From contig NZ_CAUQWC010000001.1 in NCBI RefSeq assembly GCF_963521695.1, positions 1-46,020 on the forward strand: DNA of 46,020 nucleotides, read 5' to 3'. A program made the translations under genes and the position numbers. The first letter of the stretch is position 1, and every line of letters begins with the position of its first letter. This stretch comes from an uncultured Microbacterium sp. GTDB lineage: Bacteria > Actinomycetota > Actinomycetes > Actinomycetales > Microbacteriaceae. This document shows positions 18,314 to 28,210 of the stretch, piece by piece. The notes under the pieces were generated by a model. It searched no databases and was not told where the DNA came from. It was given only the letters and a program-made list of their open reading frames with translations.

Positions 18314-20070
18314 CGCGCCGCTCCTTCCGGCAGGGTGCGGGCGTGGTTGGACTGGTACTCCGCCCACATGCGGGCGAATCGGCCGTTCGCCGCCACCAGC
18401 TCGGCGTGGGTGCCTCGCTCGACGATGCGCCCCGCGTCGAGCACGAGGATCTGATCGGCGCCCGTAATCGTGTGAAGCCGGTGCGCGATCACGAGCACCG
18501 TGCGATCGGCGGCCAGCGTGCTGAGCGCCTTCTGGATCGCTGCCTCGGAATCCGGATCCGCGAACGCGGTGGCCTCGTCGAGCACAAGCACGGGGGCGTC
18601 GGCGAGCAGGGCACGCGCGATCGTCACACGCTGCGCTTCGCCGCCCGAAAGATTGGCGTCGTCGCCGAGGACCGCGTCGTAGCCGCGCTCGAAGCGGAGG
18701 ATCCGATCGTGGATCTGCGCCGCGCGCGCCGCCTGCTCGACCTCGGCATCTGTCGCGTCGGGACGGCTGAGCCGGATGTTCTCGCGCAGGCTCGCGCGGA
18801 GCACCTGCACGTCTTGGAAGACGAACCCGACATCGCGGTAGAGCTCGCGCGAGCGGAGGTCGCGCACGTCGACGTCGCCGATCGCGACGCGTCCGGCGTC
18901 GACGTCGTAGTACCGCGGGACCAGCTTCGCGAACGTCGACTTGCCCGAGCCCGAGGTGCCGACCAGGGCGGTCACCGTGCCCGGCGCGCACGCGGCGGCG
19001 ACGTCGTGGAGCACGCGGTGTTCTCCGTCGTAGCTGAACGACACGTCGTCGAACGCGACGTCTGCTCCCTCGGTTGTCTGTGGAGCGGGGGGCTGTGAGA
19101 CGGGCGGCAGGGCGAAGAAGGCTGACAGCGCGCGCCGAGCCTTGGAGGCGTTGCGCAGGAACTGTCCCGACGCCCCCAGCTTCATGAACGGGGCTGTGAG
19201 TCCGAGTCCCAGCACCACACCCGGGAGGATGTCGATCGGTGCGGCGAGTCCGGCGCTCACGAGCCACGCGCCGGCGCAGAGCAGGATCAGCAGTGCCGTC
19301 ACCGGGGAGCAGATGAGCTCGATGACGGTGAACGCGATCGCCGTCTCACGGGTCCACTCGCCGACGAAGTGCACGTAGCGCTTCGTCGCATCCCGGTATC
19401 GACGGTGGCTGCGACCGAGTTGCCCGAACCGCTTGACGACAGCGATCCCCTGGACGAACTCGACCGTCGCCCCCGACAGCGACTGCGTGGCCTCGTCGTA
19501 CTGCTGGTACTTCTCGCCCGCGCCGCGCATCATCAGCGGGTAGCACACCGCGACTCCCAGCAGCGACAGGAGGGCAGCTAATGCCATCTGCCACTGCGTC
19601 GCGAAAAGGTACACCAGGCTGACGACCGGAACAGTCACCGCGGTCAGCCCATCCTGGATGGAGTGCGCCACCAACTGATGGAGTGCGGTCACGTCGCTCT
19701 CGACGAGCTTGCGGACACTGCCCGAACTGCGTCGGCCGAACCAGCCCAGCGGCAACTGCTGGAGGTGCCGGATAATCCGTCTGCGCAGCGAGATCTGCAG
19801 CTCGGCATCTGCGAGGTGGCTCACGAGGCCGGAGAGGAACGCGCAGCCGACCGCCACGACGAGCGCGGCGACGGCGACGATGACGACTGTCCACGCGCGA
19901 GCCTCGTCGATCGGCTCGCCGGATGCCGCAGGCAGGAGGATCCGCGCGAGCTCGACGATCGCGATGAACGGAACGACGCCGCTCGCCGCGCCGATGACGC
20001 TGAGCGCGGCGATGCCAGCGAGGCTGCCGCGCACGGGCGCAAAGAAATCTGTGGGCGAATCGTCGGTCAT
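18310..20070 (-). CDS. Fused ABC transporter permease/ATPase (IrtA/YbtP/MptA-like, no reductase domain)
   Basis: SHLADA...LPLGWF...HQLVAH, VEFVQGIAVVK, GTSGSGKST, LSGGEAQR, LDEATAFADPDSE. Confidence 0.9.
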   Translation of the reverse strand: MTDDSPTDFFAPVRGSLAGIAALSVIGAASGVVPFIAIVELARILLPAASGEPIDEARAWTVVIVAVAALVVAVGCAFLSGLVSHLADAELQISLRRRIIRHLQQLPLGWFGRRSSGSVRKLVESDVTALHQLVAHSIQDGLTAVTVPVVSLVYLFATQWQMALAALLSLLGVAVCYPLMMRGAGEKYQQYDEATQSLSGATVEFVQGIAVVKRFGQLGRSHRRYRDATKRYVHFVGEWTRETAIAFTVIELICSPVTALLILLCAGAWLVSAGLAAPIDILPGVVLGLGLTAPFMKLGASGQFLRNASKARRALSAFFALPPVSQPPAPQTTEGADVAFDDVSFSYDGEHRVLHDVAAACAPGTVTALVGTSGSGKSTFAKLVPRYYDVDAGRVAIGDVDVRDLRSRELYRDVGFVFQDVQVLRASLRENIRLSRPDATDAEVEQAARAAQIHDRILRFERGYDAVLGDDANLSGGEAQRVTIARALLADAPVLVLDEATAFADPDSEAAIQKALSTLAADRTVLVIAHRLHTITGADQILVLDAGRIVERGTHAELVAANGRFARMWAEYQSNHARTLPEGAAR

Positions 20071-20091
20071 GGGGCTCGCATTCCAGCTTGT

Positions 20092-20125
20092 TGAGAACAC
20101 TTCTCATCATCATAGAACAGTGTTC
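20092..20125. promoter_or_regulatory. Two short palindromes, putative TetR operators
   Basis: TGAGAA-CAC-TTCTCA (20092-20106) and GAACA-G-TGTTC (20115-20125) in the divergent intergenic region. Confidence 0.5.
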
Positions 20126-20144
20126 AAATGGGTGCACGTCCATT

Positions 20145-20165
20145 AGTAAGGGCAGCCTTACTTGC
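20145..20165. promoter_or_regulatory. IdeR/DtxR-like iron box
   Basis: TAAGGGCAGCCTTACTTGC (20147-20165) matches TWAGGTWAGSCTWACCTWA at 14/19 positions and overlaps a perfect IR, AGTAAGG-GCAG-CCTTACT. Confidence 0.6.
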
Positions 20166-20215
20166 TGTCAACCTCGGCGCGTCGGCGAGACTGGGTGTCG
20201 AACTCGAAAGGCGCC

Positions 20216-20938
20216 ATGATGGACAACCAGACGACCGCGTTCCACGTCGGTATGACGGCGGACGCGGTCATCGACGCCGCCGCCGAGCTGACGCGCGATT
20301 CGCACCTGTGGGGCTGGTCGATCCGGGATCTCGCCCGACGCCTCGACGTCTCACCCTCCGTGATCTACCACCACGTCGGAGGCCGCGACCGGCTCGCGCG
20401 TGGAGTCGTCGAGCGCGTCGTCGACGGATTGAGCGTTCCGCCGCCTGAGAGTCCGTGGGACAAGTGGTTCTGCACCTTCCTCATCTCTGCCTACGGTCCG
20501 GTCACGGCCTACCCCGGTGTGGCGAAATGGCTCCTGCTACACGGACCGACCTTCCGCACGACCCTCGATGTGATCGACACCGGCACCGCACTGCTGCGGC
20601 GCGCAGGATTCGGAGACGACGCCGGATTCGCATATGCGGCTCTCCTCAACAATGCGATGCTCACCATCTCGATCGGCGACGACCGGCTGGTCCACGAGGA
20701 CGACGGCCCCCGCGATCACGCGACGATGATGGACGAGTTCGCCCGGACGGCAGTGGGCCGGCCCGGCGTCGAAGTGCTCACGGCATCCCTTCTCACACCC
20801 TTCGCCGAGGGCGGGAGCGGCGCGGAACGACTGCGCGAACGCTACTTCCGATTCGTCGTCGACACCACGATCGCCGGGCTCGCAACGCTGCTCGACATTC
20901 CGGCCGCCACTGTGAACGCTGGGACAAGTCAGTCCTGA
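20216..20938 (+). CDS. TetR/AcrR family transcriptional regulator
   Basis: HTH VIDAAAEL...WSIRDLARRLDVSPSVIYHHVGGRD and a TetR_C-like tail. RBS GAAAGG precedes ATG 20216/20219. Confidence 0.88.
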   Translation: MMDNQTTAFHVGMTADAVIDAAAELTRDSHLWGWSIRDLARRLDVSPSVIYHHVGGRDRLARGVVERVVDGLSVPPPESPWDKWFCTFLISAYGPVTAYPGVAKWLLLHGPTFRTTLDVIDTGTALLRRAGFGDDAGFAYAALLNNAMLTISIGDDRLVHEDDGPRDHATMMDEFARTAVGRPGVEVLTASLLTPFAEGGSGAERLRERYFRFVVDTTIAGLATLLDIPAATVNAGTSQS

Positions 20939-20980
20939 GCAACCGTCTTCAGAGGAAAGAAGGTGAGTTGCAGCACGCCT

Positions 20981-21223
20981 TCATCGTCCGCGCGACGGGC
21001 GCTGATGCTGTAAGAGAGAGCGATGAGGTCGGGTTTGCAGGATCTCATCAGGTGTTCCGCTGGCGACCGCGCGACCTTGGTCGAGGAGGACGAGCTCGTC
21101 GGGGTACCTGCCGACGAGGTTCAAGTCGTGCAGCGCTACAAGCGTTGTCAGCGGCAGGCTGCGCACGAGTGCGAGGATCTTGTGCTGGTAGAGGATGTCG
21201 AGATGGCTTTTCGCGATGTCCAC
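20981..21223 (-). pseudogene. C-terminal fragment of a FecE/FhuC-type iron-complex ABC ATPase
   Basis: HLDILYQHKILALVRSLPLTTLVALHDLNL..RY.DELVLLDQGRAVASGTPDEIL; no Walker A or signature motif upstream. Confidence 0.75.
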
Positions 21224-21394
21224 CGGTCGCAGCTCAAGCCTCCCTACGGGCTCGCGACGCTACGTGCCTGGCGCTGATGCTACGGCTGGGGAAGCGCAGC
21301 GGGAGCATCAGCACGTTGTTGTTGCACTTGCGGACCTTACGTTGCATTAGTCCCGTTTTTTGGTGCATTGGGTGGAGCGAAACGCCACCCCACC

Positions 21395-21967
21395 ATGTTT
21401 TTCCAAGCAGTCGCATGGGTACCCGACAATGACCCGCAGCGACCGTGGTAGAAAGCCGCTGACCTCTCCATGGAATGGTTATGGGAGCGAAGTGACGAGG
21501 AGGGCGACGAGCCCCTGCTTGTCACGAACATGCTCCAAAACGGGCGCAGTGTCCGGGGCCTGAGCGAGATCGCGGGCCAAGGTGAACATGTAACACCGCA
21601 TGGCAAGAAGTGCTTCAACGCTGGCCCCGTGCTCGCACACGCGCCCGATGCGCGGGCGCTGGACTTCGCCCTCATCCTCGAGCACGGGTACTCGCTCGCT
21701 GTCTTAGAAAGCGCACGGTCTTGCCTCGCTGAGTGGGCGGCAGGGGCGGACGCGATCAACCTCACCGACGGCCAGGCAAGTCGGAGCAGCTTTTTCGGCG
21801 ACGTGAAGAAGGACCTCGACCGGGCTGTCTCCTTCGGCGGCAACAATGGCTGGAGCGGCTCCGATGCGGCCGCTTCGCACGTCATGTCCCAGCGCCTATC
21901 AGACAGAGGCTCCCGCCGTCTGCGCGAGCTGCTCAGACGCGCCCGACACACCTTCCACGCCTTCTGA
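21395..21967 (+). pseudogene. Hypothetical protein gene with an in-frame TAG at 21449-21451
   Basis: MFFQAVAWVPDNDPQRPW*KAADLSMEWLWERS... continues in frame into ORF 21470-21967. Confidence 0.45.
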
Positions 21968-22262
21968 AGGAAGCTTTTGTTTCATCAGCCGACGATCAAA
22001 AGTCCGTCGATTCAACCCGGCTCGGGCATTCTTGCATGCGGCACCGTGCATAGCTCGTGACCGCTGATCAGGTGACCGTCGTAAACGCCCAGATCGGTTT
22101 ATGCGATCTCGCGTGGATCGGTTCCCAACCCCTAGCAAGTCCACATGCGGCGCCCGGTCCGCGTCTACCTGTTGGATCGGGGAGGACCGTAGGTTTGAAT
22201 ATTCCCATTGTCCTCCCCTCTCGGTCGACCTTATACACCTCTGTTCCCAAAATTCGACAACG

Positions 22263-22652
22263 GTGGTCGGCCGCCCCGTGGCAGGCGCGTTGGAGACCGA
22301 GCACAGCCCGAACCAGCTAGCTGAGGCGGCGTCTGCGCAACGTCGCTGGACACGCTTGAGCCACGCCGACCGTGCCCGAGTGGTTGAACGGTACGAGGCG
22401 GGGGAGATGTCCACGGACCTCGCTGTCGAGTTCGGAGTTGCTAAGACCACGATTCTCGCGATCCTGCGCGAAGCGAATGTCGTGCGACGTCGGCAGTCCC
22501 TGACGCGAGAACAGGTCGCGGAAGCCACCTTGCTGTACGAATCAGGGAAATCCCTATCCCAGGTGGCAGCGAAGATGGCGCTCAAGCAGGACACGATTCG
22601 GCTCGCCCTGAAGGCGGCGGGTGTGAAGCTTCGGCCGCGGACGGGAGGTTAG
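22263..22652 (+). CDS. Double helix-turn-helix DNA-binding protein (start uncertain)
   Basis: RYEAGEMSTDLAVEFGVAKTTILAILRE and LYESGKSLSQVAAKMALKQDTIRLALK. Confidence 0.7.
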   Translation: MVGRPVAGALETEHSPNQLAEAASAQRRWTRLSHADRARVVERYEAGEMSTDLAVEFGVAKTTILAILREANVVRRRQSLTREQVAEATLLYESGKSLSQVAAKMALKQDTIRLALKAAGVKLRPRTGG

Positions 22653-23026
22653 CTTTTCTCCGGATTCTTCTCCTTCTCGATCTCGTACATAGCGTGCTCC
22701 AGGAGTGCCCTTGCGAGGCGTTCGTAATCGATCTCCGGTCGAGCCAGCGCCTGTAGCGGATAGTTCCCCCTCTGCGCTTACCTCGCGTTCCTGTTCGAAT
22801 CGCAGCAGCAGGAGGGTTCTGCTTCCGCGCGAGCGCTGCGCTCATGACTTTCTCGAGTTGGGAGAAGGCGCGACCTGCTTGCTGAGGCAGGCTTGGCTCC
22901 TGCGCGGTTGCGCCTATGCGGAGCGCGATGGCTTGGTCGTCACTCAGGTCTTTGCTCATGGCGTAAAATCGATGCAGGTCTCGCTGAGCGAAGGTAGGCA
23001 ACTCCGCCAGCTGCCCCCAATGCTGC
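22649..23026 (-). pseudogene. 3' remnant of a hypothetical gene, frameshifted and cut by the IS3 element
   Basis: QHWGQLAELPTFAQRDLHRFY...RGKRRGGTIR, then after a frameshift QALARPEIDYERLARALLEHAMYEIEKEKNPEKS*. Confidence 0.4.
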
Positions 23027-24310
23027 TCGGGTCTGCTGCACGGGTAGGTGACAGTGGGTAGTCAGGCCGCGAGGGCCAGGGTCTTGGTCATCATGATCTC
23101 GAACTCGACAGCGGTCAGACGGCCGAGACGGTCTTGGCGGCGTCGACGATGGGGGGTGCGCTCTTTACAGGTGACGATGTCGATGCGGAGCTCTTCGCCA
23201 GTGGTCCCGGAGCGCCGGTTGAGGACGTTCTTCTGTAGCAGCGAGAAGAATTTTTCCATCGCGGTGTTGTCCCCGGCGGCGCCGACTCTGCCCATCGACC
23301 CGACCATGCCGTGGTGCGTGAGAGCGCGCAGGGCCTTCCGGGAACGGAACTGGCTGCCCCTGTCGGAATGGACGATGCAACCGGCGAAGTCGCCGCCGAG
23401 CGCGGCCGCGTTGTTGAGCGCGTTCACGACCAGGCGGGACTTCATCCGGGAGTTGATGGAGTGCCCGACGATCTCGCTCGAGAACACGTCCCTCACGGCG
23501 CGGAGATGGAGCTTGCCCTCGGCGGTGGGGTGCTCGGTGATGTCGGTCAGCCAGAGTCGGTTCGGGGCGTCCGCGGTGAACACCCGCTGGACGAGGTCGT
23601 CGTGGACGGGAGGGCCGTCCTTCTTCCCCTTCCCGCGGGCCTTGCGCTTGCCGAACGCTGCCCACCAGCCGTTTTCCGCCGCCGATCCGCCACGCCGTCC
23701 GATCCGCCATGCCCTGACCGGCGTCGCGGGCCTAATCGGCGAGGATCCGGTGCCCGAACTCGGGATCGTCGCGGTGCGCGTCGAAGAGCGCGTTCGCGCG
23801 GTACGCCTCCACCAACTCCGCTCGCGTGATGGGCTGGTTCAGCCACCGTTAGTACGGCTGGCGGGAGCTTGAGGACCCGGCACGCCACCGTGACAGGGAT
23901 CCCGTCACAGGCCAACTCTTTCACGAGCGGGTAGAGCCTTTTCCCGGCAGATGCGCCTGCGACAGATACGCCGTCGCCCGGCGCAGCACCTCGACGTCCT
24001 GCTCGAGCAGCCGGTTGCGCTGGCGCAACTCGCGAAGCTCGGCGTCGCGGTCGCTGGGCGACGGCGAGCCCGTCTCGGAGGCGGTCTTTTCGGCACGCGA
24101 TCGGGCGAGCCACTTCGTGAGGGTCATCGGGTGAACACCGAAGTCGGCTGCGATCCGCTCAATCGTCACACCGGGCTCAAGGTTCTCCGCGACGCGCACC
24201 ACGTCATCACGGTACTCCTTCAGATAGGGCTAGGGCACGATGGCATCCTTCCAGGCCTACCCCTCGGGGCAAGCCAGATTAGATGTCACCTACCCGTGCA
24301 GCAGACCCTA
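23027..24310 (-). mobile_element. Degenerate IS3-family insertion sequence
   Basis: Perfect 25-bp terminal IRs (GGGTCTGCTGCACGGGTAGGTGACA at 23029-23053 and its reverse complement at 24284-24308). OrfA and OrfB are joined at a GGGAAAAG frameshift site. Confidence 0.92.
23062..24238 (-). pseudogene. IS3 transposase OrfA/OrfB with nonsense and frameshift lesions
   Basis: OrfA GTG-CCC-TAG-CCC-TAT (stop at codon 3)...IAADFGVHPMTLTKW. OrfB has WLTDITEH, HSDRGSQF and GDNTAMEKFF (DDE), with a frameshifted N-terminal half. Confidence 0.88.
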
Positions 24311-25461
24311 CCTCTGAACAAGCCCCACCACATCGGCGTTGCTCGAAAAATCACCAAGCGCTGTGTTCGCGAGATTCGCAGCCACCTCAAATACCTCGTT
24401 ATTGAGGTCGACAAAGGTAGTCCACCCCCTCGCTGGGGGATGCTCAGTCCATCTCGTCGCCGTCCCGAATGCTCTTCGTCCGAGACCGCTTCGTCAACGT
24501 GCAGGGTGCACAGCGACCCCGTGACGACATGACGCAGGCCGTCGGAGCCAGACGACACCGAGGGCCGACAGAGTCCTTACCGTCTGACACGACTATTTGA
24601 GACATCGGCCGTGTTCGTCGCAGCGTACCGCCATTCGTCGTCGAGCGGTCCGAGTCCTGCGTTGAGAGCGTGGTCTTCGAATGATTCCTGTAGCCCCGGC
24701 AACTTCTGTGCGGTGAAGCGTCGGACAAAACACTCTGTCGTCACGTCTCGGATATGGTCTTCATGTACTGAGTCGAACTGCGTCCGTGCGTGGCAACCGC
24801 CGTACGGGTAGCTCCAGGGGAGACGATGCTTCTGTTCGCTAGTGCTTCAGCCTCGGTATGGACGCCGGGAGGAGCATTCTTCGTGAGCCAATGGGACCTC
24901 GCGCACGTCGAAAAATCCTCGTCTGGCTCTGACCATTATGTAGCCCTGGTCGCGAAGGCTGGAGGCGTTCTCGATGGCGAGAGGCTGACGAGGTATCTCC
25001 CGCCATCCTCCGGTAAGTGACTATGCGTGCGTGGCAATCCGTTCGTGATTCACGGCCTCTCCTTTACCAGCGGACGCAGAGCTGGCAATCGTCGTGCTTG
25101 GGTATGTGACTGGCTGTCGCTTGTGACGCCGGTCGTCTGTTGCGGCGAGATGTGGTCCAAAACCCGCCGGAACACCGTCCAGCCGGCAGCCGGCACCGTT
25201 TGCGAAGTGGCGGGCCAAGGCCCTCTTGCTCGGGCGATCTCAGTCGATGGCTCCGAACGGCCGCAAACAAGATCAACGGCTGCGTGTGCCTTGATCTGAG
25301 AATCCACGACGCGTGGACTGGTTTCGCGAGCCTGGACACTACGTACTGCCCTCGACTCGGCAGTACTAAGGCAGCAAAACTGCCTACGTCAGTAAGCTGA
25401 CCCAGCGGCGTTATTGGGATGCGCATAAGAAGGCATTCGGGCCCTACGGAGAAGCGAGGGT

Positions 25462-26718
25462 CTACACCCGCGCGTCGACCGCCTGCGCATCCACCGGCAC
25501 CAGGCGCGTGAGCTGGGTGACGTGCCGCGGCTCGAGTTCGGCCAGCGACGACACGCCCAGCAGCGTCATCGTGCGTTCGATCTCGCCGCGCAGGATCGCG
25601 ATCGTGCGGTCGACGCCCTGACGCCCGCCGGCCATCAGGCCGTACAGGTACGCCCGGCCGATGAGCGTGAACTTCGCGCCCAGGGCGATGGATGCCACGA
25701 TGTCGGCGCCGTTCATGATGCCGGTGTCGACCATGACCGTGGCGTCCTTCCCGACCTCGCGCACGACCTTCGGCAGCAGGTGGAAGGGGATCGGCGCGCG
25801 GTCGAGTTGGCGACCGCCGTGGTTGGACAGCACGATGCCGTCGACACCGAGGTCGACCAGACGCGCCGCGTCGGCGACGTTCTGCACGCCCTTCACGACG
25901 AGCTTGCCCGGCCACATGCCGCGGATGACGTCGAGGTCGTCGTAGCCGATGGTGGGGTCCATCGCCGCGTTCAGCAGTTCGCCGACGGTGCCGCCGGTGG
26001 TGCTCAGCGAGGCGAACTCGAGCTTGGGGGTGGTGAGGAAGTCGATCCACCACCACGGGCGCGGGATGGCGTTGACGATCGTGCCGACGGTGAGCTGCGG
26101 CGGGATCGAGAAGCCATTGCGCTTGTCGCGCAGGCGGGCTCCGGCGATGGGGGTGTCGACGGTGAACTGCAGCGTGTCGAACCCGGCCTCGGCCGCGCGC
26201 TCGACCAGGCCGTACGAGATGCTGCGGTCCTTCATGACGTACAGCTGGAACCAGTTGCGCCCCACCGGGTTAGCTGCCTTGACGCCCTCGATGGAGGTGG
26301 TGCCGAGGGTCGACAGCGTGAACGGGATGCCGGCCGCCGCCGCCGCGGACGCCCCGGCCGTCTCGCCCTCGGTCTGCATCAGACGCGTGAAACCGGTGGG
26401 CGCGATCCCGAACGGCAACGCCGAGGGACCCCCGAGGATCTCGCACGTGGTGTCGACGTCGGCCGCCGGGCGCAGGATGTCGGGGTGGAATTCGACGTCC
26501 TCGAAGGCGCGGCGGGCGCGGTCGAGCGACAGCTCTCCCTCGGCCGCACCGTCGGTGTAGTCGAACGCCGCCTTGGGGGTGCGGCGCTTGGCGATCGTGC
26601 GCAGGTCGGCGATGGTCAGGGCGGCATCGAGGCGGCGCTTGCGCGCGTCGAGCTCGGGCTTCTTGAACTGCATGAGCTCGAGGAGCTCGCCGACTTTGGG
26701 GAGCTGACGCTGAACCAT
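25462..26718 (-). CDS. lldD: FMN-dependent alpha-hydroxy acid oxidase / L-lactate dehydrogenase
   Basis: [42 protein letters not shown]. Last gene of the rha catabolic operon. Confidence 0.88.
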   Translation of the reverse strand: MVQRQLPKVGELLELMQFKKPELDARKRRLDAALTIADLRTIAKRRTPKAAFDYTDGAAEGELSLDRARRAFEDVEFHPDILRPAADVDTTCEILGGPSALPFGIAPTGFTRLMQTEGETAGASAAAAAGIPFTLSTLGTTSIEGVKAANPVGRNWFQLYVMKDRSISYGLVERAAEAGFDTLQFTVDTPIAGARLRDKRNGFSIPPQLTVGTIVNAIPRPWWWIDFLTTPKLEFASLSTTGGTVGELLNAAMDPTIGYDDLDVIRGMWPGKLVVKGVQNVADAARLVDLGVDGIVLSNHGGRQLDRAPIPFHLLPKVVREVGKDATVMVDTGIMNGADIVASIALGAKFTLIGRAYLYGLMAGGRQGVDRTIAILRGEIERTMTLLGVSSLAELEPRHVTQLTRLVPVDAQAVDARV

Positions 26719-26779
26719 GGAGATGCTCTCTTTCGTGTGGTCAGACCACTCGTAGCCCGCTCGCAGAGCGGGAAGGGTT

Positions 26780-28210
26780 TTAGGAGCGCGGTTCGAAGCG
26801 CCGCGGTGGAAAGGCTGCGGCCACACGGGCGCGCAAGTGAGCGAGGGACGCGTCGTCGCCGAGGACGCCGAGCGCCCGCGCCTGCACGAGCACGTTGCCT
26901 AGAGCCGTCGCCTCGACGGGCCCGGCAAGCACCGGAAGCCCCGATCGGTCGGCGGTCGCCTGGCACAGCAAGGCGTTCAGTGCCCCACCGCCCACGAGGT
27001 GCACGACGTCGATCTCGCGATCTGCGAGAGTCGCGGCCACTCGCAGGGTCGTCGCGAATGCCTGGGCGATGCTCTCGACGATGATCCTCGTGAACATCGG
27101 GCGGCTCGATCGACCGGGGGCATCAGACCCGAGCAGGGTCGCGATGCGCGCGGGCATGTCGCCGGGGACGGCGAGTGAGGGGTCGTCGGCATGGAACAGC
27201 CGCCCGGGCGCGGGGACAGAACCCGCCGCGGCGAGCAGCCAACCGAGGTCGACGGGCACGCCGTCGGCCTCCGACCACGCCCGCACGGTCTCGCTCAGCA
27301 GCCACAGACCGGTGACGTTGTGCAGGAAGCGGATGCGCCCGTCGACGCCGCCCTCGTTGGTGAAGTTAGCCGCGCGCGCAGCATCCGTGACGATGGGCGC
27401 CTCAAGCTCGAGGCCCACCAGACCCCATGTGCCGCACGAGATGTAGGCCGCGTTGGGCGACGACATCGGCACCGCGACCACGGCCGAGGCGGTGTCGTGC
27501 GAGCCGACGGCCACGACCGGCAGCGAGGCGAACTCAGCGGCGAGGCCCACGGTTTCGCCGGGGTCGACGAGCGGGGGCAGCACGGATAGCGGTATGCACA
27601 GCTTTCCGGAGAGCTCGGCGTCCCACTCCCCCGTGCGCACGTCGAGCAGACCCGTCGTCGAAGCGTTCGTTCGCTCGGCGACGCGGCGGCCGGTGAGCCG
27701 CTCGGCGAGCAGGTCGGGGATGAGCAGGCTCGTCTGCGTCTCGGCGAGCTGCGCGTCGACCGCGTACTGGTACACCGTGTTGAACGGGAGGAACTGCAGG
27801 CCGTTGCGGTGGTATAGCTCCTCGAACGGCACCACTGCGTGCACGGCATCCACCCCGCGCGCGGTGCGCTCGTCGCGGTAGTGGAACGGCTCGGCGAGCA
27901 GATCGCCGTCTTCGCCGAGGAGGCCGTAGTCGACGGCCCACGCGTCGATGCCGACGCTCTCGATCGACGGCTCCCGGCGGAGCGCCTCGGCCAGGCCCGC
28001 GCGCACTTGGACCCAGAGCTGGTCGATGTCCCAGTGCCACCCGTCTTCGCGCTCGACCGGGCCGTTGGGGAACCGGGCGACCTGTTCGAGCTCGAGCACC
28101 CCGTCGCCGACGCGGCCGATCATCACGCGCCCGCTCGTGGCGCCGAGGTCGACGGCGGCGACGACCCGGACGGCGCCGGGCTCCGTCCTGTCGGGGACGG
28201 GCGCGCTCAT
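26780..28210 (-). CDS. rhaB: Rhamnulokinase
   Basis: [56 protein letters not shown]. Confidence 0.93.
   Translation of the reverse strand: MSAPVPDRTEPGAVRVVAAVDLGATSGRVMIGRVGDGVLELEQVARFPNGPVEREDGWHWDIDQLWVQVRAGLAEALRREPSIESVGIDAWAVDYGLLGEDGDLLAEPFHYRDERTARGVDAVHAVVPFEELYHRNGLQFLPFNTVYQYAVDAQLAETQTSLLIPDLLAERLTGRRVAERTNASTTGLLDVRTGEWDAELSGKLCIPLSVLPPLVDPGETVGLAAEFASLPVVAVGSHDTASAVVAVPMSSPNAAYISCGTWGLVGLELEAPIVTDAARAANFTNEGGVDGRIRFLHNVTGLWLLSETVRAWSEADGVPVDLGWLLAAAGSVPAPGRLFHADDPSLAVPGDMPARIATLLGSDAPGRSSRPMFTRIIVESIAQAFATTLRVAATLADREIDVVHLVGGGALNALLCQATADRSGLPVLAGPVEATALGNVLVQARALGVLGDDASLAHLRARVAAAFPPRRFEPRS

Noticed and set aside
22190..22250. GGTTTGAATATTCCCATT...GTCGACCT resembling a recombinase tail or tRNA-derived att site
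   Set aside because: No integrase, tRNA or second copy is visible in the window, so the resemblance is too weak to call.
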